Below are positions 8,568 through 15,963 of a stretch of 55,594 nt of DNA, piece by piece (the stretch's first letter is position 1; every line of letters starts with the position of its first letter). The position numbers were made by a program, and so were the translations under genes. Source of the DNA: a virus (lineage: Duplodnaviria; Caudoviricetes); IMG/VR virus record IMGVR_UViG_3300006863_000002, positions 1 to 55,594 of that record, one strand, 5' to 3'. Below the pieces are notes generated by a model. It saw only the letters and a list, made by a program, of their open reading frames with translations. It made no database searches and was not told the origin of the DNA.

Positions 8568-8776
8568 CTGACGACCTTATCAAAGCTCTGCAAAAAGAAT
8601 TACGCGAAGCAGACGCCCGCATCGCTGAACTTGAAAATCTCCTCAAACCTTTTGCTCGCTTAAACGCAAATTGGTTTGGCGATAAAATGCCACTCCAACC
8701 CAAGCAAATCCTGTTCGAACCTCTGCCGGTCCTCTACGCTTCAAAATACTTTTCGGAGCAAAAACATGAAGATTGA
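8564..8776 (+). CDS. Ead/Ea22-like coiled-coil module protein
   Basis: MTDDLI...RIAELENLLKPFA. Confidence 0.65.
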   Translation: MTDDLIKALQKELREADARIAELENLLKPFARLNANWFGDKMPLQPKQILFEPLPVLYASKYFSEQKHED

Positions 8777-9149
8777 AAAGGTCTGCCGATACGTGCCGAT
8801 TGTGCAAGGAGTCAAAAGCAACGGCGCGCAAGCGGGCAGCACGATGCGGCAAATGCTTCTTTCCATCCCGCGAGTGCGCTTTCTTGAAGGAGGCGACAAT
8901 GACTTTTACGACAAATTCAAATCACCCGACGAGGACCCTGCAATCGAGAGCCCGTCCTACACGACGGCATGGTGCAACGCGGTCAAAACGCTGCCTATCA
9001 CCGACCGGGAACTTATCGTGGAGCGCATGATTAACGACGGATCGACGCAACAACAGGTCGCAGATCATCTTGGTATTCTGCGCGGGTCTGTGGCAAACTT
9101 AATTAACCGCGTTCGCGTAAAACGCGCTTACCAGTCTCTCAAAAAATAA
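8766..9149 (+). CDS. HTH protein (sigma region 4 / LuxR-like C-terminus)
   Basis: ITDRELIVERMINDGSTQQQVADHLGILRGSVANLINR. Confidence 0.7.
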   Translation: MKIEKVCRYVPIVQGVKSNGAQAGSTMRQMLLSIPRVRFLEGGDNDFYDKFKSPDEDPAIESPSYTTAWCNAVKTLPITDRELIVERMINDGSTQQQVADHLGILRGSVANLINRVRVKRAYQSLKK

Positions 9150-9159
9150 CAGGTGCCTC

Positions 9160-9516
9160 ATGGATCACACCAACACCTATCCCGACCTCGTGAATGTCGA
9201 GGACTGGCTCAATGCTTCCGGTTATACTGGCGAAGCTGGAGCGTGTCATCAGGCGATGAGTTTAATTCGCAAGCAGGAGAAGCGCATCGCGGAGTTGGAA
9301 GCAGCGCTGGACAATGTTCTTACCGGCGGAAACCACCTTGCGTTACTTATAGGTTCTGACCACCCGTTGCATACGGCTTCGCATGAAGAAGCGATGGCTC
9401 ATTATGGCGCTGGCGACCAATACGAAATTTGGTGCTGCTGGCGCACGATGATGAATGCAGGGCCAGTTCTCGCCGCCCGCGCCGCTTATCTGGGAGATAA
9501 GAATGATAGTATCTAA
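9160..9516 (+). CDS. Ead/Ea22-like module protein
   Basis: RIAELEAAL...AARAAYLGDK. Confidence 0.7.
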   Translation: MDHTNTYPDLVNVEDWLNASGYTGEAGACHQAMSLIRKQEKRIAELEAALDNVLTGGNHLALLIGSDHPLHTASHEEAMAHYGAGDQYEIWCCWRTMMNAGPVLAARAAYLGDKNDSI

Positions 9517-9883
9517 AGACGAGTTGAAGTGGACGGTGAACTACCAAGCCGCCCGTATTGCGGAGTTGTCCGAAGCAATCGGCCTTTTGACAACGCTGAA
9601 ACCTGACATGGAAATTGACGCTAATAACCCAGTTAGCATGGCGACACAAATTGTGGCGCATGTAGACGCCCGCTTCAAAGAGTTAAAAGCAGCGCTTCGT
9701 CCGTTCGCAGAACACATTGCTGAAGCAGAATGGGAACAATACAACGACAACACGCGGGTTGCTGTGCGTCTTGCCGACCTTCGCGCTGCCCGCGCCGCCC
9801 TGCAAAATAAAGAAGCTGACTACGTTTGGGATGGCGATAAATGGGTATATGCGCCGTGGAATAAGGGGGAGGAAAATGGATAA
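9503..9883 (+). CDS. Ead/Ea22-like module protein
   Basis: RIAELSE...LKAALRPFA...DLRAARAAL. Confidence 0.7.
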   Translation: MIVSKDELKWTVNYQAARIAELSEAIGLLTTLKPDMEIDANNPVSMATQIVAHVDARFKELKAALRPFAEHIAEAEWEQYNDNTRVAVRLADLRAARAALQNKEADYVWDGDKWVYAPWNKGEENG

Positions 9884-10049
9884 CGAGCAATATTTAGACT
9901 TGATGGCGTCTGTAGCCTTACAAGGTCTTTTAGCTGGCCCTGAAACGTCCGGTCTTGGTTGGGATAATATTGCCGAGTGCGCTTACTATATGGCTGACAA
10001 AATGTGGGAAGAACGCGAGAAACGCCGTGCCGCTTTGGAGAAGAAATAA
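9876..10049 (+). CDS. Small phage protein
   Basis: ALQGLLA...AYYMADKM motif; GGAGG RBS. Confidence 0.7.
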   Translation: MDNEQYLDLMASVALQGLLAGPETSGLGWDNIAECAYYMADKMWEEREKRRAALEKK

Positions 10050-10198
10050 TGCTCTACATAATGTCGTTTTTGTTTGCCGTAGCTGGTGCCATAGATGGTC
10101 ATTATAGAGGAGTTGATGCGATTTCAACTAACGCCGACTTCATCATTGGCGCTATTTTCTATTCAACTGCTTGCATCGTGGAGGAATTAGAGAAATGA
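10049..10198 (+). CDS. Small membrane protein
   Basis: TAATG coupling; two hydrophobic segments. Confidence 0.5.
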   Translation: MLYIMSFLFAVAGAIDGHYRGVDAISTNADFIIGAIFYSTACIVEELEK

Positions 10199-10500
10199 CT
10201 GACGACCTAATCGCACGGCTGCGCAACTACACTGGCGACTATACTGGCGACTATGTTGCGGGCTTACGCCTAGAAGAAGCCGCCGACGCATTAGAAGCGA
10301 GAGGAAAACGGATTGACGAACTGGAAAGTCGGCTAATCGACAAAGAAGCCCAAATCGCTGAACTTGAAGCGGTGCTGAAACCGTTTGCTAAACACGCGGT
10401 ATGGGTAGCGGATCATAGAAATGATGATGAGGCTTGGGAGTTAAAAGTCCGCGTTCGCGACCTCCGCGCCGCCCGCGCCGTTTTAGGAGAGAAGGAATGA
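10195..10500 (+). CDS. Ead/Ea22-like module protein
   Basis: MTDDLIARLR...EAADALE...IAELEAVLKPFA...DLRAARAVLGEKE. Confidence 0.7.
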   Translation: MTDDLIARLRNYTGDYTGDYVAGLRLEEAADALEARGKRIDELESRLIDKEAQIAELEAVLKPFAKHAVWVADHRNDDEAWELKVRVRDLRAARAVLGEKE

Positions 10501-10802
10501 ATGACGATTTAATCGCACGGCTGCGCAAATACAGCAAAAGACTGTTGCCATGCACACATGAAGCCGCCGACGCATTAAAGGCGCAGGCGCGACGGATTGC
10601 GGAGTTAGAAGCGCGTCTCAATTACATTGAAAACTATATTGAAGGACGCATACGCGGACATATCGCCATCGCAGATGAAGCTGGAACAAGCGCATCAGGA
10701 AAGAAACAGCGTGTTCGGGCGTCAGAGGCATCAGAGATATTAGGAATTATCCGCAAGGAAAATGCCTTGGCTAAGGGAGGTAAAAATGTCGCTATTTCCT
10801 GA
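10497..10802 (+). CDS. Ead/Ea22-like module protein
   Basis: MNDDLIARLR...EAADALK...RIAELEARL. Confidence 0.7.
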   Translation: MNDDLIARLRKYSKRLLPCTHEAADALKAQARRIAELEARLNYIENYIEGRIRGHIAIADEAGTSASGKKQRVRASEASEILGIIRKENALAKGGKNVAIS

Positions 10803-10932
10803 ATATGTCTCACCAATGTTTGCCACCCTAAAAGAGACAAGCCTGCAAAGCGTAAAGATTGCAAAAGAAAATGAGAATTTACGCGCCGCATTGCGCAGAC
10901 GCCGTCACCCGAATGGCGACAGCCGTCATTGA
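10786..10932 (+). pseudogene. Short ORF probably truncated by the WYL insertion
   Basis: GGGAGG RBS; MSLFPEY...ENENLRAALR followed by a short unrelated tail. Confidence 0.4.
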
Positions 10933-10956
10933 GCCTTTCTTTACCCTAACTGGAAA

Positions 10957-10981
10957 AACCAATCAACTTTTTTGATTGGTT
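10957..10981. promoter_or_regulatory. Putative WYL-repressor operator (perfect 10-5-10 inverted repeat)
   Basis: AACCAATCAA-CTTTT-TTGATTGGTT, 33 bp upstream of the WYL ATG. Confidence 0.7.
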
Positions 10982-11014
10982 GCCGCAAAACACATAAAAA
11001 AGTAGGATAGAGAC

Positions 11015-11938
11015 ATGGCCGACGAGACAGTAGAATCACTCAAGTGGAGCGTTAGGCAACGCCTTGAGTTCATTGACTTTCGACTGTTTTGGGAGGGCCG
11101 AGTGAGCCGCCCGGACATCGCGAAGGTCTTCGGGATTTCGGTCCAGCAGGCGTCGGGCGACGTGCAGCTCTATCAGCAGCTTGCCCCGGGCAACATGGAT
11201 TATGACGTCGCGCTGAAACGCTACATACGGCTTCCGTCGTTCGAACCGGTCTTCATAATCAACAGCGCCGATCGGCAACTGCTCAGAATGGTCGCGCTCA
11301 AGAATGGTTGGATGAGCAAGGATGAGACGTGGTTCGACGGCCTGCCGCCGTACGAGGTCGTGTCGCTGCCGAGACGCACGACCGATCCGTTGATTTTGCT
11401 CGCCGTGCTGGACGCGATCCGCCTCAAACAGGAGATCGAGGTCGAGTATCAGTCGATGACCGGGACGCCGCATGGCGTAAGAAAGATCGCTCCACACGCC
11501 CTCTCACACAGTGCAGGCCGCTGGTACATCCGAGCATGGTCTCGCGACCACAACGACTTCCGCGACTATCAGCTAAGCCGCATCAAAAGAATTCTGAGTT
11601 CAAACGAGGTTAATATCGACCTGTCGTTGGACTACGAGTGGAATCACTTGATAGATCTTGTCATAGCGCCAAATCCTGCACTAAGTCCCGCAAAGCAGGA
11701 AGCCGTTGCAGCCGAATATAACATGATAGACAACGAACTAATCATGCCAATTCGGCTAAGCTTAGCATTTTATCTTATCAACGAGCACAATCTGGACGTG
11801 GAACCGGGCAAACTTGAACCGGAGAAGCAGCAAATTGTTCTGACGAACAAGGAGCAGGTCAAACAAGCCAAAGATACTACGAGAGAGATGGCGCGACAGG
11901 CCCTTGCGCGCGCGCAACGCTCGAACAGCCAGCCATGA
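11015..11938 (+). CDS. WYL-domain transcriptional regulator, CapW/BrxR-like (wHTH-WYL-WCX)
   Basis: RQRLEFIDFRLFWEGRVSRPDIAKVFGISVQQAS wHTH; YQSM...IAPHAL...RWYIRAW...FRDYQLSRI WYL; LVIAPNPALS...EYNM WCX. Confidence 0.9.
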   Translation: MADETVESLKWSVRQRLEFIDFRLFWEGRVSRPDIAKVFGISVQQASGDVQLYQQLAPGNMDYDVALKRYIRLPSFEPVFIINSADRQLLRMVALKNGWMSKDETWFDGLPPYEVVSLPRRTTDPLILLAVLDAIRLKQEIEVEYQSMTGTPHGVRKIAPHALSHSAGRWYIRAWSRDHNDFRDYQLSRIKRILSSNEVNIDLSLDYEWNHLIDLVIAPNPALSPAKQEAVAAEYNMIDNELIMPIRLSLAFYLINEHNLDVEPGKLEPEKQQIVLTNKEQVKQAKDTTREMARQALARAQRSNSQP

Positions 11939-12054
11939 CGATCTCGTCTCTGGTCTTGTTCGGTAGCAGAGCGCGGGAAGATAACGACTTACGCAACTGT
12001 CAAAGATTACTTGACGGTTCCCGCGCCGCCCGCTCCGCTTTGGAGAAGGAATGA
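11935..12054 (+). pseudogene. Chimeric remnant: nucleotidyltransferase N-terminus fused to a phage module tail
   Basis: ATGA-coupled 39-aa ORF MTISSLVLFGSRAREDNDLRNCQRLLDGSRAARSALEKE; LFGSRAR is the Pol-beta/MNT GS motif. Confidence 0.6.
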
Positions 12055-12207
12055 TTATCGTGGCGCATGTGTGGTGCCGTTGGGGGCTAACGGCCATTAA
12101 GCAATCTCGTTGCACGAGAGATTGTTCAATGAATTGACCTACTGCACATCGTAACTCGACCCTTGCGGGCCACGACCTCCGCGCCGCTTTGCAAAAAGGA
12201 GAGTGAA

Positions 12208-12387
12208 ATGTCATGGGTTCTAATCATCTGGTTCGCCGGTGCAAGCAGCGCCGTCACAACGCACGAGTTTCTTTCTCAAGAAGCCTGCGAAAATGCGGGA
12301 AAAACTGTGAGCGCAAAAGCGGGTCTAGGATATAAGATCGACTACGCCTGTGTTCCAAAGGAGTTGTTCCATGGCCTTCGACCCTAA
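12208..12387 (+). CDS. Small phage protein (WVLII...F...ACE..G...CVPK)
   Basis: AGGAG RBS; recurrent small phage protein pattern. Confidence 0.65.
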   Translation: MSWVLIIWFAGASSAVTTHEFLSQEACENAGKTVSAKAGLGYKIDYACVPKELFHGLRP

Positions 12388-12913
12388 AGAATGGCGAGAA
12401 GCTAATCGAGAAAAGCAAAGACTGTATTCCGCGCGGTATCGTCTCCGCAAAAAGGGGTGCGATCTTCCGCCGGAAATTCAAGCAGAACTTGAGGAACTTA
12501 AGGCAAAAAAGAAGGCTGAGAGTTTGGAGCGTCTGCGTGAAGCAAAGCGCCGCTGGAACCGTGAACATAAAGAAGAGCGAGCCGCCCGTCGTAGGGAGAA
12601 ATACAACAGTGATCCAGAATGGCGCGCACATAAACTTGCGATTGCGAAAGCTAATCGTGACAAACACAGAGTCGTTCTTACTGAAGAACAAAAAGCAAAG
12701 CGACTTCAGCAAAAACGCGAAGCACAAGTCAAAGCAACTCGAGCGTCAGCTGCAAAGGCCGCACAGCGTCGTGCGGAAATGGGGCCACCCCCAGACGCGA
12801 AGCGTCCTGCACCCAAGCCCAATGTTTTAACGGACGCCCAAAAGGCAGCGCCGAAGTGGAAACTCAAAAAGCCCGGAAGGCTGATCGCGCTTTGCGGCTG
12901 GAATGGATGGTAG
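12371..12913 (+). CDS. Highly basic helical protein
   Basis: AGGAG RBS; K/R/E-rich, repeated W/Y-R-E-x-N-R-E-type units. Confidence 0.7.
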   Translation: MAFDPKEWREANREKQRLYSARYRLRKKGCDLPPEIQAELEELKAKKKAESLERLREAKRRWNREHKEERAARRREKYNSDPEWRAHKLAIAKANRDKHRVVLTEEQKAKRLQQKREAQVKATRASAAKAAQRRAEMGPPPDAKRPAPKPNVLTDAQKAAPKWKLKKPGRLIALCGWNGW

Positions 12914-12996
12914 CGCGGCACAACCATAAGGTTAGGACCCTCGGCTATTGCGTATCGTGTGGCCCTAACTTTTTCGCCCAGCGAGCGACTTTTTCG

Positions 12997-13025
12997 TTGC
13001 AATGGGTCAAAGGTGATGGCATTGT
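12997..13025 (+). promoter_or_regulatory. Putative sigma70-type promoter of the replication operon
   Basis: TTGCAA-17 nt-CATTGT in the intergenic gap. Confidence 0.35.
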
Positions 13026-13085
13026 TTTTAGGCAAGGGGGCGAATGCCCTTTAATTGGCGCAACGCGCCCTCTAAGGAACCGATC

Positions 13086-13571
13086 ATGTCAAAACGAGCT
13101 TTGAAGCTGCCGCACAACGTCACAGTCCACGTCGATCAGCCCTATGCTGAAGGTCATAAGCTGACCGCCCTTGAGGCCGAAAAGCTGAACCACGTTCTTG
13201 CGGACAATATTCGCACTTCGATCATTGCCAAGCTGAAGCGTCTCGCGGACGAAGGCACCATCGACTCTGAGGCTGCGTCGGCTGAGTTCCAGGCTTTTGC
13301 GGATGCTTACGAATTTTCTTCGCGCACTCCGAAAGCGTCTGCCGATCCGATTGCGAAAGAGGCGACGAAGATTGCCAAGGAGCAGGTTTTCGCTGCTATC
13401 CGCCGCAAGGGCGGAAATCCCTCGGACTATTCCGCAGAGCAGATCGCGGAGTATGTCGGCAAGGTGCTGCAGCATAAGCCGGAAATCCGTGAGGAAGCTG
13501 CTCGCCGCATCGACTCGTCCCGTAAGATGGCTGGCGATTTGCTGTCCGATCTTTTCGACGAGGCTGCCTAA
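13086..13571 (+). CDS. Hypothetical helical protein, possibly abundant DNA-binding
   Basis: AAGGA RBS; strong codon bias; ends DLLSDLFDEAA. Confidence 0.75.
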   Translation: MSKRALKLPHNVTVHVDQPYAEGHKLTALEAEKLNHVLADNIRTSIIAKLKRLADEGTIDSEAASAEFQAFADAYEFSSRTPKASADPIAKEATKIAKEQVFAAIRRKGGNPSDYSAEQIAEYVGKVLQHKPEIREEAARRIDSSRKMAGDLLSDLFDEAA

Positions 13572-13580
13572 TGCCATTCG

Positions 13581-13721
13581 GGCATCCCAGATGATACAAA
13601 CTCTGGGATGCCTGTCAGGAAAGCGGGGTTTTCGTTTCCTCCCTTCCCCGCTGTCCGTCAGCCAGACGATGGACCTCTGAAACTTCTGGCGAGCGGGGGG
13701 TCTGCCCCCGCTTTCTTTTTG
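13581..13721 (+). terminator. Multi-hairpin element ending in an intrinsic terminator (possible attenuator)
   Basis: Four successive stems; last is AGCGGGGG/CCCCCGCT plus TTCTTTTT. Confidence 0.6.
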
Positions 13722-13738
13722 CAAAGGCTGTCGCCGCG

Positions 13739-14032
13739 ATGAGTAAAGAAGCAGAAATCCTCTATGAAGCCTACCATTCGGAGTTTGGCATCGAGGTTGA
13801 GCTGCTTGGCAATTACCAAGTTTCTTTGCAGCGCCTTTACGCTGCGCGCAGAAAAGACCCTGATCTTGATATTCTACAAATCTCCCGATCCCCGACCTCC
13901 CCGACTCATATTTGGATATTGAAAACCGACAAACCCTCTCCGCAACCAAGCAGCACGGCTGCACCCTTGAAGGAAAACCCAAGAGGCGAAGGCCCGCTTT
14001 ACAGCCTAGCCGACTTATTAGGAGACGACTAG
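13739..14032 (+). CDS. Hypothetical protein
   Basis: ORF; ends SLADLLGDD. Confidence 0.7.
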   Translation: MSKEAEILYEAYHSEFGIEVELLGNYQVSLQRLYAARRKDPDLDILQISRSPTSPTHIWILKTDKPSPQPSSTAAPLKENPRGEGPLYSLADLLGDD

Positions 14033-14033
14033 A

Positions 14034-14258
14034 ATGGCCGCGCGCCTCGATGACGAAACGACAAAGGTGCATCTCCACCTTTATTCAAAAGACCTTGAAA
14101 AAATTGATCAGTATTTCTGCAGAGCAGGGCTTCGCACGGTCGGAAGATCAAAAGCGATAAGATTGATCGTTCACGCATACGTTCAGCATATGGAGCGGAA
14201 AGCTAATGCAAAACCAGTCCCCTTCGACCAATCCATCACAGACCTCATCGGAGAGTGA
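14034..14258 (+). CDS. Ribbon-helix-helix-like DNA-binding protein
   Basis: TKVHLHLYSKDLEKIDQYF...GRSKAIRLIV. Confidence 0.6.
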   Translation: MAARLDDETTKVHLHLYSKDLEKIDQYFCRAGLRTVGRSKAIRLIVHAYVQHMERKANAKPVPFDQSITDLIGE

Positions 14259-14487
14259 GACGCACGGCGATATTCTTGAAGAAGCGTCTCCCGCGAGTCT
14301 TGATGAATTAATAAACCGCTTTCCGCAGGTTTCAGACGCGGAGGCTGACCGGATTATTGATTATTTGAGGGCGCAACGGGAAAAGTTCGCGCAGCAAGAA
14401 GCGGCCCCGAAAGTCAAAAAAGCCCCGCGTAAAAAAGGCCCGATCATTTCCGCAGATGAACTTCTTTCCGATATTCTAGGTGACTGA
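14206..14487 (+). CDS. Hypothetical protein (start uncertain)
   Basis: IIDYLRAQREKF; ends ADELLSDILGD. Confidence 0.7.
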   Translation: MQNQSPSTNPSQTSSESETHGDILEEASPASLDELINRFPQVSDAEADRIIDYLRAQREKFAQQEAAPKVKKAPRKKGPIISADELLSDILGD

Positions 14488-14686
14488 TATGACGAAGGAC
14501 GAACTTGAGCAACTCGTGCAGGACATTCGGCAACAGGCGTCAACGTGGCTTGGAGATGAAGCAAGTGAAAAGATTGAGCGGTTAATCGCACATACCATGT
14601 TTCTTCGAGGGCACCACGACAATCTCCAGCAAATGCTGCTTAACGGTTATCGCATGGTCCAAGTAGGTTCTGATCCACGCAAATAG
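14480..14686 (+). CDS. Hypothetical protein
   Basis: Operon packing. Confidence 0.6.
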   Translation: MTDMTKDELEQLVQDIRQQASTWLGDEASEKIERLIAHTMFLRGHHDNLQQMLLNGYRMVQVGSDPRK

Positions 14687-14699
14687 ACAGGGACTCCCC

Positions 14700-15644
14700 A
14701 TGTCAGATCAAGTCAACAATTCCCTTTCACTTACATCCCCGCGTTTTCAATTTGCGTGGGACTCGACCTCCATCGGAGCGTTCAAGACGTGTCCGCGCTA
14801 TTACCAACTCAGCATTTTGGAAGGATGGCAACCGAGAGAAATCTCCGTCCATCTTACATTCGGACTTCATTTTCACTCCGCGCTTGAGCGCTATGACCAT
14901 CTGCGGTTTGGCGGGATGGGATATGACGAGGCGCTGCGGGAAGTCGTGCGATATGTGTTGACAATCACTTGGGACGAGCGAAAAAATCGCCCTTGGATTT
15001 CAGATGACCCAAACAAAAACCGCATGACGCTTTTGCGGAGCGTGGTCTGGTATTTAGATCAGTTCAAAGATGATCCGATCGAAACGGTGCGGCTTGCGAA
15101 TGGCAAACCCGCTGTCGAACTTTCGTTCCGGTTTGACTCAGGATATTCGAGCAGCAAGGGCGAAAGCATTTTGTTGTGCGGGCATCTCGATCGCCTCGCC
15201 ACGCTCAACGACAAGGCGTTTGTGCTGGACCGCAAAACCACAAAGTCCACAATCAACCAGTCGTTTTTCGATAAGTTTACGCCTGATAATCAGATGTCGC
15301 TTTACGCGATTGCAGGTAAGATCGTTTACAACGTGCAGATCGAAGGGATCATTGTTGATGGCGCGCAGATCGCGCAGACCTTCACGCGCTTTTTGAGAGG
15401 CGTCGTGCCGAGGACTGAAAGTGGGCTCGAAGAATGGTATTACGATCTTGGGCAGTATATCGCAATGGCGGAATTGTTTGCGGCGCAAAACTACTGGCCG
15501 ATGAATGATAAGTCTTGCGGCATGTATGGCGGCTGTCCTTTCCGCAAAATCTGTGGCCTTCCGCCGACCGTTCGCCACGAATGGCTGCGCGCCGACTTCA
15601 CAAAGCGCATCTGGGACCCGCTCAAAGTTCGTGGTGACATATGA
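14700..15644 (+). CDS. PD-(D/E)XK nuclease, Cas4/RecB-like exonuclease
   Basis: CPRYY...FGLHFHSALE...GHLDRL...VLDRKTT...Q..LY...C....GCPFRKIC (four-Cys Fe-S pattern). Confidence 0.88.
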   Translation: MSDQVNNSLSLTSPRFQFAWDSTSIGAFKTCPRYYQLSILEGWQPREISVHLTFGLHFHSALERYDHLRFGGMGYDEALREVVRYVLTITWDERKNRPWISDDPNKNRMTLLRSVVWYLDQFKDDPIETVRLANGKPAVELSFRFDSGYSSSKGESILLCGHLDRLATLNDKAFVLDRKTTKSTINQSFFDKFTPDNQMSLYAIAGKIVYNVQIEGIIVDGAQIAQTFTRFLRGVVPRTESGLEEWYYDLGQYIAMAELFAAQNYWPMNDKSCGMYGGCPFRKICGLPPTVRHEWLRADFTKRIWDPLKVRGDI

Positions 15645-15790
15645 GCGTTCACATCGTCCGTCACTCAGACGATGGTTACATCATCACAGTCTTTGATCGC
15701 AAAACCCAAGAATGGATCGCAGTCGCCACCACACCTTCACGCCTTTTGGCTGAACAAATCGCAAAAGCAATTCAACGGAGCGCAACATGA
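15641..15790 (+). CDS. Small hypothetical protein (49 aa)
   Basis: ATGA-coupled at both ends; MSVHIVRHSDDGYIITVFD... Confidence 0.55.
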   Translation: MSVHIVRHSDDGYIITVFDRKTQEWIAVATTPSRLLAEQIAKAIQRSAT

Positions 15791-15963
15791 AATTCATAAT
15801 TTTTGAGCCAGACTACGGCTCCCCTTATCATATCCTTATTCGACAGAAGGACGACAGCTATCATTTGTTTGCCTCATGCGAAACGAAAGCGCAGGCAGAA
15901 ATTATACACACCGCATTAAATCATGCGGAGCAGACTTTAGGCTCGAAGAAGGACAAAAAGTAA
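15787..15963 (+). CDS. Small hypothetical protein (58 aa)
   Basis: GGAG RBS; TAATG-coupled to the ATPase. Confidence 0.55.
   Translation: MKFIIFEPDYGSPYHILIRQKDDSYHLFASCETKAQAEIIHTALNHAEQTLGSKKDKK

Noticed and set aside
10231-10254. 12-bp tandem duplication ACTGGCGACTAT twice
   Set aside because: Simple in-frame slippage (TGDY twice); no evidence of function
12371-12913. HNH homing endonuclease
   Set aside because: Has the basic helical repeats often seen before HNH domains but no Cys/His nuclease motif
13572-13738. tRNA or hammerhead ribozyme
   Set aside because: No T-loop GTTCRA, cloverleaf or CTGATGA...GAAA core found by eye; no tRNA noticed elsewhere either (a tRNAscan/Infernal run would settle it)
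13089-14078. 329-aa minus-strand ORF
   Set aside because: Antisense shadow of well-supported + strand genes with RBSs; no motifs
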